64,000 nucleotides of DNA from Eledone cirrhosa. Lineage: Eukaryota. The notes beneath the pieces are model-generated. The model was not told where the DNA came from, searched no databases, and saw nothing but the letters and a program-made list of their open reading frames with translations. Below are positions 33,945-48,853 of the stretch, piece after piece; position 1 is the stretch's first letter, and each line of letters opens with the position of its first letter. Where the stretch lies: contig OZ024741.1 of assembly GCA_964016885.1 (NCBI GenBank), positions 303,180,001 through 303,244,000 of the forward strand, given 5' to 3'. A program made the position numbers and the translations under genes.

Positions 33945-36159
33945 TATATATATGTGCGTGTGTGTGTGTGTGTCTGTGTGTGTATAATTATAAGGGGAAC
34001 GGAAAGGAACCACAGTTTAATAAGGAATTCAACACATTAGTAGATAATATGTATATTTATTTCATACAGATATGACTTCCACAAAGCCAGAACTATTTTA
34101 TTCGTTTAAAATGATGTATTTGGAAAGAAAAGAAGGAATTGTAAACACGAAATCTACTATTTACTTTGTACATAGTTGATCGTGAGATCAACGTAACGCT
34201 ATTCTGTGATTATTATCCCCTCACCAGAAGATAACAAAGATCATTATATCATGGCTATTCATGTAAAACATAATGTAGAAAATAACTGAAATAATCTGTT
34301 TAATTTCCATGATATACTTTTGTTTGGTGACTTAATTAATTAAATAAATATTTAGGTTAGAACACAGCATCTATTAGAACATTTTAAGTTAAACTTAATT
34401 TAGATTTTTATGTCAATGTGCGTAACTTAGTGGTTAAAATGGTAAATTTATATTCCTAAGGTGGTGAGTTTGATTTCCAGACTAAATAGCGTATTCTTGA
34501 CAAAGATACTTTTATATCCCATTACTCCAGTCCCCTCAGCATACATTAGAGAATTTGTCTGTATGTATATTTATATATTTCCTTGCCAGTGTAAATATAT
34601 TTGCTTTCGAAAGTGTGTTTGGATATAGTTTTCCTTTGTACGTCTCATTACAATTCATATAATTATTGCAATTTAGAAGGTAATGCAGGAAACTATTAAA
34701 CCTTTATTGATAAACATTAATTTGTTATCTTTGGTTCGACCAGGCTATCAAATATCGATATATATCACTGGTCACAATGTGGCTCCATTCCTCCCTTGAG
34801 TGTGCCCTTCTCTTCCATTTTGACCCGAATTCTATAGGTCTTACGGGTACCTGAGATTTTAGGCATTTGATCAACAATTCTGGTAAAGAAGGAAGTCGAT
34901 CAAATCGATTGTTACTCCATTCTATCGACCCCTAAAAGGGTGAAAGTCAAAGCTAATACAGCGAGATTTGAATTCAGATCGTAAAGAGCTGGGGCCGGGA
35001 CATATCATTTTATCCGAGACTCAAACGGTTCCGTCAACCCTCAGGTCGCTAGAATTTCCCTCTGCTGTCGTAGAGTAGTCCAATTGATCCGCAAAGGACT
35101 GAGGCATGGCTTTTTGTATTATTATAGCTTTTGTATGACGCCATCCCTCTGGCTGTGTGGGCATGACGACAAAGTTATTATTAAAAAATATAATAAAAAT
35201 GTGCAGCCTCAATAAGTTGATGTTTACAACAATATTTGTAATTCAATAAAATGATTTGCCAGCGTAATGTGTATTTTTTTATCTGAACATTCGGATATAA
35301 TAAAAAAGCTATGGAGATTATGAAGGGTGTGTGTGAGGGATAGAGAAAGTAAAACACTGGGCGAATGAGGATTAGAAGTAGGCGGTAAAATAAAAACATT
35401 ACATTTGTCAACAGCATCATTTTTTCATATATAGCACAGCATGCAATTAAAGATCATATTGACATTTCATAGACTTTATTATACCAGGTTTTATTATACA
35501 GCATTATTTACATTCCAGATTATGATACAGATTGCAGTATACGATATTACATTTCATAATACTTTAGAGCATTGTTCGTAGTACGTTATTACTCGATGGA
35601 ATTCCTACAGCAATATCTAGACTATGTCCCCGCAGCATAGTCAAATTATTAAGATATTCGCTTCGCAATCATTTGGCTCCGAGTTCAATCCTATTTTGGA
35701 CAAGTGTTATTTACTATATCCTTGGGTCGACCCATGTCTTGTGACGGAAACTGTTTCGAAGCCCGTTGGCTGGATTGCATCTACAACTCAAAGAATAACT
35801 GTCTTGCCTCACAGTGTCAGTTCGAAACTCCTTAAAAATTACGTTAAAGGTAGACATATTTGTAGAATGCTCAGCCACTTACGCATTAATTTCATGAGCA
35901 GTTTGTTCTATTGATCAAACAGTTTGAACCCACAACATTGTAACCAACGGAGGCCCATTCCAGCTATATTATTTTAAAGAATACAATTTACAACAACAGT
36001 TACATTATTTCCCAATATAATATAGGCTATAATTTACCAATATGGTTTTACTTTAATTTTCAAGAATTGAAGTAAAACCATATTGGTAAATTCACTTTAA
36101 GCACGTCCTGTTTGTCTTCCATTTTCTCTCCCCACACTATCTCTCTCACTCTCTCTCGT

Positions 36160-36484
36160 GTTGTGGATTGGCAAAATCGTTTTATTGTCGGTCTTGTCTC
36201 GACTATTTGCGTTCTGGATTCAAAACCCGCCGAGGTCAACTTTGCCTTACAGCCTTTTGAACTCGATAAAATAAAGTATCACTCAATTACTGGGATTAAT
36301 ATTCTCGACTATTCATTGCGCCCCAAATTGCTGACCTTGCGCCCAAAATGGAAACTTATGTTCAGAGAAGTTACAAAAAAAAAAAAAAAATTAATATACA
36401 AATACTCAGGAGAAAACATTGTTTTACTTTTCTTATATTCCGAGTATTATAATTTTCCAAGAAACGCTCCTACGAGCACACACA

Positions 36485-36545
<61 letters not shown>

Positions 36546-37545
36546 TCAATGCATTTGAAATGTTACATAAATTCCCAATTTTGATATGTTTTGTATCTAC
36601 CTTACGTTTTTTTCTTTATACTCTCTCTCTCTTCACACAGGGTCTCCCTAGCCCGTATTTATACTGATTTATTATACTAAAAAGTAATGTTTTAATAAAT
36701 AATGCAAGACAACGAATTGGCAGAGTCGTTAGAACGTCGGAGAGAATGCTTTGGGGTATTCGTTCCAGCTCTTTGCTCTCTGAGTTCAAATCCCGCTGAG
36801 GGTCAACTTTGTCTTTCATCCTTTCGAGGTTGATAAAAAAAAAGTATCAGTCTAGTACTGGGGTCGATTCTTTCTCTATATCTCTTTCTCACTGCTTTTC
36901 CACTTTCTATCCTTCTCTGGAAGAAATCTGCTGTATGCAGACCTGGAGAGGAGATAGGCTCCGCCAGGCTTTAAAAGGCGCGAGAAACGCCTACGACACT
37001 ATATCAGAAGTTACGGGACCATACCATACATACATATTAAAAATATTACAACCCCAGTAAATAAAAGAAAATAGGGAGAACCCTATAAAATACCCCAAAT
37101 CTTGTTAATAATATTACTATTTTTATTCCCAGCATACCCAACGGCCATGTGGTGATGGTATAACACGGGGTAAGGGATTAGGTTTATCACCCAAGTAGGC
37201 TGATGATTATGATGATACTGATTACGATGATGGTGATGATTATAATGATTATGAGGGTGGCGATGACGACGATAAGGATGGTGGTAATGGTAGTAATAAT
37301 GATTACAACGATGTTGGTTACGATAGTAATGAATTCTGCTATAGGCTTAAAGTCAGCTATTTAGGGAGAGGGGGAAAGTTGATTAAATCGACCCCAGTGC
37401 ATTACGGGTACAATATTTTATCGACTCCATAAACACGAAAGGTAAAGCTAACACCGGCGGGATATGAACTCAGAACGTAAAGAGCCATAACTATCTCGCA
37501 AAGCATGTTGTCCGACGCTCTACCGATGTTGCCAATCCACCGCCC
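36160..37545. mobile_element. Three family E SINE copies (36160-36355 +, 36712-36870 +, 37340-37545 -)
   Basis: A/B boxes and a Nin-like core in each. Confidence 0.75.
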
Positions 37546-38331
37546 CCCTCTATCTATGATGTTAAATAATAATTAGGGCAAAGTAAAGAAAAAACGCAAA
37601 TATAAAGAAAGCATGTGTTGACAGATAAGGAGATATTGAGAGGAGAAGTCAGAGTGAGAGGGATAGAGAGAGAAAGAGCAACAGTGAAAACGAGGGGACG
37701 GGGCGGGGGGAGATAGAAAGAGTGAGGGATAGGGAGAACGAGAGAGGGGGTGAGAGATAGAGGAAGAGTAAAAGAGAGAGAGAGGGGGGTGAGATATAGG
37801 GAGAATGAGAGGGGTGAGATAGAGGGAGAATGAGAGGGGTGAGATAGAGGGAGAATGAGAGAGGGGATGAGAGAAGAGTAAAAGAGAGAGGGAGAGGGAA
37901 GAGAGAGGGAGAGAGAGAGAGAGGGAGGGAGAGGGAAGAGAGAGAGAGAGAGAGAGAGAGAGGAAGTGAGAGAGAGAGAGAGAGAAAGAGAGAGCAACAG
38001 TATGAGGTAGCCAATTTAAACATTGTTTCAGCACAGTGGTGACAGCAGAGAAGAGGTGATACATAGAAAGGAATAAGGAGATTGGACACATGCGCAGATG
38101 GATATTGCCAAATATACACATTACACAAGCTGTTTTCATGTAGAAATCATTCTCATAACCATATACAAACATATATGCAATTTACAAATGTATAAAGTGA
38201 TTATATATTGAAAGATATATATTGGATCGTCAAGTATGAAATTTGTAGAATTTGTGTTTTTTCTACAAATTTCTACAAATTTCATACTTAACGACTCAAT
38301 AATCATACATATAATTTTGTGTAATACATAT

Positions 38332-38705
38332 ATACGAAGTTTGTCCCTATAGTAAGGGTACTGAAGTTTTGTTTAACGTACATGAAATTACAAGTTATTT
38401 CCTTCAGTATACAACCCTTGGGAAGTCACACAGTGGTTTCAACGCTTTTTCCATTGGTCGTATCAGTACTGGGAGTCATTTTCTGTGAGTGTCCTTAGCT
38501 CGTCGGTCAGAATTTTTTGTATGTTTTCCACAGTCCCTAAATGATGATCCTTCAACTTCGATTTCAACTTAGGGAAGAGGTAGAAATCACACGGAGCTAG
38601 ATCTGGGCTGTAGGGGTGGTGGGGTGGGGTTGAAGAATGGGAACGCTTATCTTCGCATGAAATTCTCTAACTGAAAGTGATGTATGAGCAGGAGCGTTAT
38701 GGAGG
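38332..38705 (-). mobile_element. Mariner transposase pseudogene 3' part with TIR
   Basis: Minus strand encodes HNAPAHTS ... PYSPDLAPCDFYLFPKLKSKLK...QWKKR*NHCVTSQGLYTEG with in-frame stops; terminal TA-TACGA.. at about 38332. Confidence 0.9.
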
Positions 38706-39062
38706 TAATCATTGTTTTCACCCCGGATCTGCTGATGTGTACTTTCCTCGGTCGAGGATTTTTACTACCTCTCATTAATTAGATCTCGCCAGCTTTTGCT
38801 CTCAATGGAAATAAGCTTCACCAGTCGATGTTCATAAGTATAAATAATATAAGCTTTTAGCTTATTTTCGTCTTTGCATCCAAGCGGAGTTAGCCCCCTC
38901 CCCCTGGAGACGGTTAACGAAACAGAAACGGCCATTGGGGTGCTCTTCCTTGGTGGTTAAAGACCAGTGGTGAAATTCACCACTTCTAAAATTCATAGCA
39001 AGGCTGTAAAAAAGGTTTATTTACATAAACATTTCGTATATTATTCAATATACAACCCCATT

Positions 39063-39100
<38 letters not shown>

Positions 39101-39101
39101 C

Positions 39102-39280
39102 TATAGAAATGGCTTCTGCAGGTCTAGAACTGTTTCATTCAAAGGAAATCATCAAGGCTTTCCTGATGATTTCCTTTGAATGAAATAGTTATAGTCCTGT
39201 AGAAGCAATTTCTATATTAAATATTTATACTCTGCTATGTATTGAGTACCTTACTGTAACTCTTGATTGGAACCGAGATA
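39102..39280. mobile_element. Family A palindromic hammerhead element (HHR + 39157-39206)
   Basis: GCTTTC-CTGATGA-T TTC CTTT GAA T-GAAA-TAG..CTG-TA-GAAGC; inverted arm 39102-39154; tail on the right. Confidence 0.7.
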
Positions 39281-39757
39281 CACACAAATACATACACACA
39301 CACACATATATATATACATATATATTATATATATATATATGTGTGTGTGTAGGTGATTCAGTGAATACGGAGAGAGAGAGAAAGAGAGAGAGAGAAGCAT
39401 ATATGAAATATGTGTTGTGCGTGATGCGTGTTTTTATATACATAAAATGAATACTACACACACACACACATACATATATGCGAACATATACATATCCTTA
39501 CTACTCTTTAATAATATGGAATTGAGTTTTATTTATACACGTGCATGTGGTCTCGTCTTTCTGTTTGTGAGTAATTAACCTTTCCACTTTCAGAGGTGGG
39601 GTACCTTGTCAATCCTAGTCAAGTTATAACAACACACACATATACACACATGAAATACTAACCTAATAGAACTGCAGCCAAGACAAATAAAGAGCTTCTA
39701 CAACTACCTTAATTCATCTACTTTGTCATCACCATTACAATCATAATTATTATCAAT

Positions 39758-39963
39758 ATTGGTTTCTGATTTAGACACAAGGCCAACATTTTTTGGGCGG
39801 AGAGGAAAGTCGATTAAACCGACCCTAGTCTGTTACTGGTACTTTATTTTATCGAACTTGTAAGGATAAAAGGCAGAACTAACTTCGGTAAGATTTGAAC
39901 TCACAACGTAAAGAGTCGTTACTCTAATCCACAAAGCATGTTGTCTGACGCTCTACCGGTACT
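39758..39963 (-). mobile_element. Family E SINE
   Basis: Core and tRNA head on the minus strand. Confidence 0.8.
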
Positions 39964-40059
39964 GAAATGAAAAATGAAAAAGGAGAAAAAATAAATATCG
40001 AATGAAGAAGCGGAAGACTCTACGTTCCAGTCTCTAGACGGCATATCTCAGTATTCTGC

Positions 40060-40330
40060 AGACAAAAATGGCGAAAGCATTGCTTTAGAGAACAGCCAGT
40101 GACACCCGCTGCATTAGCCACTCTACTTCACGAGGATCCTTTCTGAAGCGGAATGCACTCTTCCCAATTTTGGCAGTTCGGAGAACGAAGTCACTAGAGA
40201 TTACAACGGCGGCTGGTATGGAAAGGAAGTGGTCGGTCAAGTCTAGGTATTTGGATATCTTCCTCTCCACTATGTTATAGGCGGTAGTGCCCGGGCTTGT
40301 AGCCTTTATTATAGCATTAGATAGCCTGCC
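40060..40330 (-). mobile_element. RLE-type (CRE-like) non-LTR retrotransposon C-terminal fragment
   Basis: ERKISKYLDLTDHFLSIPAAV...DPREVEWLMQRVSLAVL..NAFAI matches the K..KY..P.A.E...L.QR.S.A..RGNA pattern. Confidence 0.65.
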
Positions 40331-43162
40331 TTGCTGTATTCGTTTTGTCTCTCTGGTCTCTTCCCACCGTGGTCAAATTTGTTTTTCATTCCTTGTAGAG
40401 TAGATTCTTCTCTTCATCTTTTGAAGAGATTTAAAGTTGTCTGGCATGGAGAATGATAAACGCCGCAGAGTTTAGTACCCACGATACCTAGTATGCAGGG
40501 TATCTATCTTTTTAAAATTTGGGTTTTTTGCTGTTTTAGAATTTCAATTTTGAACTGGTAAGAATATTGTTTAATATCATATCAAATTATATATTTGGTT
40601 CTGATATCAGTGACGCTGCGTGGCATCTTAGGCAAGTAGCATCTACTATAGTTTGTGAACAGAACGTTTGCCTGAGGCAATCCGTATATTTATATAACTT
40701 AATAGAACAATTATCAGATGTGGGGGGATACTTCCTAATACAATCCGCCCCTTTCTGAACGTTTTTGCTATTTTTTAAATGAAATTGACCGGCCACGTTA
40801 GCCGTATTTCACCTCAGACCTTTCCTCGATTCTAACAAGAGTTGAGGGCCTAATGTAAGTCAAAATGTCATTTAGCTCCAGGTCGTATTTGATGGAACAA
40901 TCGTTTGATTAATGACGTCATTTAAACCTCAATTATACGAAGTATCCTCCCTTTTTTTGAAAGCAAAAACCGTCTGTTTTGAGGGAGATTTAGCTATTAT
41001 TTCTAAAAGGCTGATGGCAACATAGGTGTGTCTCATTGGCTCAATGAAACTCTAGATTCCCAATTGTTGTTCAGAGATATCGGATGTTGTGGTGTACATG
41101 CATTTCTCGCAACAGATGATACTAATGACGTTATAACAAGATAAGGACACTGACAGAGTATATAAGGCTTCATTCATGCCAACTATTAGGCCTCTATGTG
41201 TTCGCTCGAACTTGTAGGAATAGTAGCTATATATCCCTCGAATTTGAACCCGACTGTCTTTAAAAAGACAGAACCAATGGAACAACGCTCGAGGAAAGAA
41301 CAAGACAATAAAACATTGGATGATTGCAGCTAGAACGTCTGTTATGTTTGTTCAATGAAAAGTGACTTTCGGTTAAACAATAGCAGACTTTTGCCAACGT
41401 AAAACGTTGTTATTGTCCATTATTTCCATTCACAATAAGGTATGTTCAAAACAAACGGTGACGAGTTGACTAAATGTTTCACAGTATAATTTCCTATCCC
41501 CATACTTCTAGATGTTTAATTCCTTCAATGGTCGATAAAATAAATACCAGTTGTGTACTGAAGTTAACTGAATCGACTATATCCGCTTCCCTTAAAAATA
41601 TCTGCTATTTGTTGACATTGCCAATTATTATCAGCAATAATTACTGTTTGTGATGGGATAGTCTCCTGGTATCTTCCTCTCCTGTGTAGTTGTATCACAT
41701 TCCTTGATAAGTCAACTACCTAGATGTTTATCTGGAGCTTTATTATAGAATATGGCTATCGTTGTTTATCTCTTAGTCAATCCGGGTGCGGCGAATAGGT
41801 CGTTAGAACGCCACATATAATGTTTTACAGCGTTCGTACGGCTCTGCACTCACTGAGTTCAAACTTGACCGTGGTCAAGTTTGACTTTCATTCTTTTGAG
41901 ATCGTTAAAAGTGTGCCAGTTTAGTATTTGGGATGATTATTCTCTATATCTCTTTCGAACTCTCTCATAGAAGAAAATCGGTTGCGTTCAGACATGGAAA
42001 GGAGATGGTCTCCGCCAAGTTTAAACTGCTCAAGACAATATGCACCTACAAATCAATCAGTCAATATGTCCATCCATCCTCCATCCAACTCAACCCTGAT
42101 CGAGCAGGCCTATAATCAAAACATTCCAGCCCCGACACTAATGTAGGGGAGTTGACGGTATGGTATCTTTGTATATTTTATGGCTCAAGTCAGAGTCGTG
42201 CTATGGCGAAGATCCTAAAAAGGTTCATGAACATTCATTTTCTTCCTTTGACTCAGCCATAGAACATGGAGGAAATTATCCTCAGATCGCAGTCTTGTCT
42301 CACGCTTTTGCAATAGATAGAATTTCACGGAAAGTAAGCAAGATCGAAGAGGTGGTGTTAAACTGGGTGTCGAATTAAGCCAAAGGATATTTCCTTTGTG
42401 TGATATGAGGAAGATTTGGTTTCTATTTCTAGAACAACAAGTGACCACGTTGAGGTCAACCTGTTCGCTTACAGATACTTTGGTTTAGTAGACAAGGTGT
42501 TTGTTTTGATGATAGAAGTATTTCGTTAAACGGACGCGTTATATAAATGAGGGGAAAACATCGTTTATTCGCTATCTGAAAAAAAAGACGTTTATGCTTA
42601 TATATAATAAATCTTCCATAAAATGTTGATTCCGATGACTAAAATAATATCAGTAAGATAAAATGATGAATTGACGACCGAATGAGTGTCTCTAATTGGT
42701 CGCCCAACCAGATAAAAATAGCAGCCATTTTTTTCTTCTTTAAATCCAGTGGTATTGCTTTAAAAAGGGAAATGTATACTGTTCCTAGATTATATGGAGG
42801 GTGGGAGGAAAATGATTGGATGATCATGGCTGGAACGCTTTTGGTAATGGTCCTGTTCGTTCAAAGCTAGCCTGAAACTAAGGAATATGAACAGCAAAAG
42901 CAACCCGGGGGAATTCAATCTGGGTAAATTAGCCTTTTCCTTTATCTAAAACGATTGTTATTGTTTCACCATCATCACCACCAGTACCACTACCTCTACT
43001 ACAAGTATATTTTATAATTGCACGAGTATAGTATTTGGCTGGTTTGTTTTCTTTGAAAGCCAGTCACAACTAGTATCGTATTAACGTTTCAAATTGAATA
43101 CTTTTCTTTTCCATGTCAATGACAAATGATAAAACACTGCTTCCCACTCACTCTTCATATAC

Positions 43163-43206
<44 letters not shown>

Positions 43207-45170
43207 ATGCATGTGTGTGTGTGTGTGTGTGAACACCTGTGTGTTTATATTTATCTAGGAAATTATGAATTTGTTGTAATTACATTTACTCACTTTGACA
43301 ATGAAATAATTACATGTGCTTATCACTAAATATTGATTTCTAATCTAGACGCAAGGGCAACAAACCTTTTTTGGGGAGGGCAAAGTTGATTAAATCAAAT
43401 CCATTATTTTTATCTTATTGACCCAGGAAAGATGAATGAAAAATGACTTTCGTAGGATTTGAGTTCAGAATGTAAAGAGCCTGAACATATAACGCAATTG
43501 AATATTATCCGTGACTCTAGAAAGTTTGCCAAATCCACCAAACTATTGATCACTAAATATTAACACTAGGCCTTTCTGGATTGCTTTTAATTCTTTAAGA
43601 TTACAATTAGTTCAGACTTGCTATCTACCATATGAAACAAATTAAAATTGAATTAAAATTGAACTTTGGTAAAACCGGTAGAGCATCAGACGAAATGTCT
43701 TGCAGCATTTTAATTGCGGTTCTTTACGTTCTGAGCTCAAATGTCGCCGAGGTCAACCTTAATTTTTCTCCTTACAGAAATACGAGTAAAATAAATACGA
43801 GTATACATATGCACACACGTATATAGATAGATATACACACATATACCGATAAAAATCCCTTATTTTTACGGGCGAAATCAGTCACATTTTATTTCTTTAC
43901 CAAATTGTAGCAAAACCATATTTGTAGATTAAAATACACACATACACAAATATAGTTGGATTGCCGTCGTTTCCGTCGACGAATGTTCCAGTTGATGAAA
44001 TTATTGTGCAAGTGGATGAGTATTTCACAAACACGTGCACCCTTAACGTATTTCTCCGGGAGATTCAGCGTGACACAGTGTGTGCCTCCTAGTATTACAG
44101 GTACAACTAAATTTTACCTGGTGAGAGAACTGGAACAATGTAACAAATTGTGTTGATCAGGAACGCAACGTGTTGCCCTCTTCGGGAATTGAACTCGTGT
44201 CTCTATGACCGTGAGCCCAGCCTCATAGCCCCCACCTATATATATATAATTCAAAAGGGGACAAAGAAAGTGGGACATGGTGACAATAAACGGACAGTAA
44301 GTAAAAAGAAGGAAAACAACACGGAAATCCTGCCTCTCAGCTGTCCCTTATAGGATATTACAGTTTCGTATAATTCTGGGCAAGACTGTGTTTCGCCACG
44401 ATGGGATGCGCAGTGCTGAATCTAACACTAGCCAGGATGTAGAAAAACGAACATATAACATTAACAAAATGAAAAACATAAACGAAACATACATACAATA
44501 TTAGCAGAACAAAAACTATGCATACCAGAGTAAACAACACAGTTGTTGGAACATTGGAAAACCGCAAACAGAAATATGCAATGAAATAACTGTATATTTA
44601 TACCAGTATTTAAACTACAGTCAACACAAAAACGCGTAGAATAACAGGACTAAAAGAGAAAGTATAAGTAGACAGGCAATGCTACACGTTTGACAGGTCA
44701 GAGAAAAATCAGTGGAAAGATGATCGTCAGACGTGTATGACTTGGCGCGGAAGTCAAGAAGAACGAAGACAGTAAGAAAGGAAGAGAAAGGAGTGAGAAA
44801 AAGAAAGTGGTAGAAGGTCGTGGCTAAAAGTAACTGTTGGGCAGAGAAAGAGACATTACACTACTGACAGAGAACGCTGACTTATGGCACGAATGAAATT
44901 ATTTTAGAACAGTAAATAAAACTTGCACCAATATTAGAACAACTTTGTCAAATTTATATGACAGACTGACAGAAAATGTAGTACAAACATTAAAGTATAC
45001 ATCCATATATACATACAAGTATGCATGCATACATATATATATATATGTTCTATGTGCGTGTACGCGTATGCGTGCGTGTGTATACATACATACATATACG
45101 TACATATATACATACATACATATATACATACGTACATATATACATACGTACATATATACAATATAATATA

Positions 45171-45731
45171 CATGGTGGCTGCCAACTCGTTTTCGAGTAC
45201 GGCCACTACTTTATATCCATGTAGGAGAACTCCTACCGATGCGCTGAACGAGTGTGACCTTTTAGTCCAGCCAGCGACTTGAAAACTCTGGTACAAACAC
45301 TACACTTGTGACAATTATTGACACAGTGCTGGGCCCATGGTACCATGTGACGGCAAGTGCAGAGAGATCTCCAGATATAAAGCAATGCCTGTGCCGTGAA
45401 GCTTTTATAGTGAGCAAAGGCACTGCACAAAGCCAGTCCCACTCTCTTAACCAAGATGATATTTACCAAAAAGAAGAACAAGTCAACATCATTGGATACC
45501 ATCAGAGTTACAGGTGTTATATCAGAGTTTTCCTTCTCCTAGAATTCTGCCTTGACAAAGGCTAAGGGGTCATGTCTCCCGGTGATTTTGGATGGCCATT
45601 GACTCTTAAGAGCTCATTTGCTCTTTGACAGGTTTTGTTTTTAGTCCTGCAGGATGTCCAAAGTCACCCTCCTCACCAAGAAACCTTGGTGGGGTTGCCA
45701 GTTTAGTCGCCAACGATCCGACCATGAGACA
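45171..45731 (-). mobile_element. Bipartite RTE-derived non-autonomous element (family B), copy 1
   Basis: 3' part encodes C2H2-like [22 protein letters not shown]; microsatellite tail; other copies at 48854, 51170 and 51713. Confidence 0.7.
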
Positions 45732-46790
45732 TGTATGTAATATACATACATATATAGATATATACATACTAGATTACCACAATTGAGGGGTTTTATGCCA
45801 GTCCCCTTTCGGTACTTCTTAATCTTTCCGCTTCAATCCTTCCTGCATTTTCTTCTTGTATATTATCATTTTGTCTTCTTTCAGTTAATCTTATTCGTTT
45901 TACCTCGATAGTTTTTCCTGTTTCATCTTGTGCACCATATTGTCGTTTTGAAGCACGTCTTTCTAGTTCAAATCTGTTATTGACTTGTGATAATATTCCT
46001 CTTCTGTCTGTGTTGTAATGTCCAGCAGTTTCTCCGTGATTAAGAATGTCTTCGTCTGTTTAACTTGCAATTACCTGTTATATATTTGAAAATTCTATAT
46101 TTATTAAAATAGGTATACCTTAGATTTAAGATTTTCCCAAAACAGTACGTCGTGCACATTTATACCCTTCCGCTCGCATTCTTTCATTCTCTTTCATCAA
46201 TTTTTTCTGACTCATTCACAGTTTATTATTTCTTATCTTCATCTTTCTCTCAAAGTCGAAATTTACTCCTAGCTTTACTTTTCATCTCCTAACGTCTTCA
46301 CACCCCTTACAAAAATACACAAGAATATCATACACAAATATCTCTCTCTCTCTCTGTTATTTCATCATGTTACGTCTCTAATTCTCCCATCTCATTGTAG
46401 AGTACAGTTTTATTTTTATTTTCACCTCTCCTCTCGTCTATTATTTCATTCTGTATCACTCATCCTTTCATCCCTTCTTACATTTCACCGTCTGCCTGAC
46501 CCACTTGGTGGTTGACTCCAAGATATTTCACCACCTCTTTAATTATCTGAGCGAACTAACTATCTTTATAATACTTCTATTCTCCCTGTTCCGTCTCCCT
46601 AATCACAATGTTGGTGTCTATCAACGTGCAGTAGTGCAGCAAAAATAAAGTTGCCAAATGCTGAACCTACCGACACAGTATCGACTCAAAAGTAATTTTT
46701 ATCATCTTAATTTTTTGTTGTTATATAGTTCGATATGGGACAATATCAAAGGCGTTCCTGTCGTGGGTCAATTCGTATTCAATTTTAGGC

Positions 46791-46873
<83 letters not shown>

Positions 46874-47960
46874 TCAAAACAACTGCTGGCTCTTTACAAA
46901 TCTCATAAGAAACTCTCAATGAAATACCATTCCCTGTTTTAACACGCTCAAACATTCTGTATAGTATCGAATCCAGGTTATATGATTGAATTCCTTGGAA
47001 TTACTTATGAAGTGTTCCAGCACATAGATCACTGATGCATTGCTTCCTCACACAGTCTCTTCTACCATGACAGCAATGGCCTCTGATCTTTAGATTTACC
47101 TATGTGCATACAACATCTTTCAGCTCCACCTGACACAGTCGCATCTCTTCAAAGATTCTTCGTTTTACCACCCACAGCAACCACCCCACTCCACAGTCAA
47201 ACAACAGAACCTTTATCCTGCATTTTAGGCTAAATCCTTTATTTTGTTGGGTAGGTGGGAGGTTCTTTATCATTGCTCTAAGTCACATCTATTACACTTT
47301 GCATTCCCCCAAGACAACAGTAATGCAATGTAACTCAATCTGAATATTCATACCGGAATAATTATTCGTATCACAACGCAGTCCGGTTCAGTGAAGCGAC
47401 GATGGAGAGAAACAGAGAAACTGAGAGAGTAACCAGACTATTTATTGTTTATAAAAATATATTTCATTTTTTACCTGATATTATTTTCCCACTTACAGCT
47501 GATTATATGTATATATAGTCTGCACGAGTTCATATATGCACCAAGGTCAATGTACTCGAGTACGTATACGTTGATAACACATGCATACGGATATAAATGG
47601 TAGGATTTCTATACGTTTATGTAACACACACATATATATGTCTGTATGTGTGTGAGAGAGAGTATGGGGTAGTGGTCCTTGCATTGTAACAAAGAAGTCG
47701 CGTATTACGACGGCTGTCGCCCATTGACGTCCGCCGGTCCCATAGCGAGCTGTTCTGTAGATCAAACAACTGGTTTTTTGGGTCTTTTAACCTTAATTTA
47801 GAGATTAATACAAACAAGGATACAAGCAAACACACACACAGACACAACATTTTTTATAACGAGACTGACCTAACACATTGAGCCTGTGGCCGGAAATTGA
47901 AAAAAAAATTCGTTTACTGAAATATTCCTTATAATGGTATTCGTTATAACGGTATTTTAC

Positions 47961-48024
<64 letters not shown>

Positions 48025-48192
48025 TTTACTTGTCCCAATAGCTTTTTTTAGTTGTTGCTCGCACCAACCTGAGGTATATGATTTTTAATGAGATAAAATA
48101 TCAATGATGGTTGGCAAATCACTGACGAGGGACTAATTTTATCATATGTAACCCATGTGCAACCACGCAGTATTCTTCTTTCTTCTCATGTT

Positions 48193-48267
<75 letters not shown>

Positions 48268-48477
48268 GGTTCAGTAGATTCTTGGTTTACTGAGGAAGGT
48301 ACCAAATTCAGCACTCTATGCTATAGCAGTGTGAGATTTTGGTCTTGCGTGAATAAGAAGTCGTAACTGAGCATAATCAATAAAGATCGCAATGTGAAAC
48401 CTCGTTTAGTTCTTATATATATATATATGTATATATATACATATATACACATATATATACATATATATACATATATG

Positions 48478-48660
48478 TACGTTATTCCGGGTTGAATCGG
48501 AGGTAACCACAGTAAGTAAGGTACTCAATACATAGCAGAGTATAAAAGTTTTAATATAGATGAGATTCTACAGGACTAGAACTGTTTCATTCATTAGAAA
48601 TCATCAGGATGATTTCTAATGAATGAAACAGTTCTAGTCCTGTAGAATCTCATCTATATA
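48478..48660. mobile_element. Family A palindromic element, centre partly deleted
   Basis: Tail plus arms TAGATGAGATTCTACAGG.../...CCTGTAGAATCTCATCTA; only the minus arm keeps CTGATGA, and its stem I is truncated. Confidence 0.75.
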
Positions 48661-48853
48661 TATACATATATATATATATACATACATATATACATATATA
48701 TACATATATATATATACATATATATACATATATATATATACATATATATACATATATATATATACATATATATACATATATACATATATATACATATACA
48801 TATATATACATATACATACATATATATACATATATACACATATATATATACAT

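Noticed and set aside
45233-45502. Host zinc-finger gene
   Set aside because: Single finger within a four-copy retroelement, with frameshifts differing among copies.
48118-48170. CTGACGA-GGG..CCC
   Set aside because: No GAAA, stem III or stem I. CTGANGA hits at about 4399, 7068, 16382 and 30056 were rejected for the same reason.
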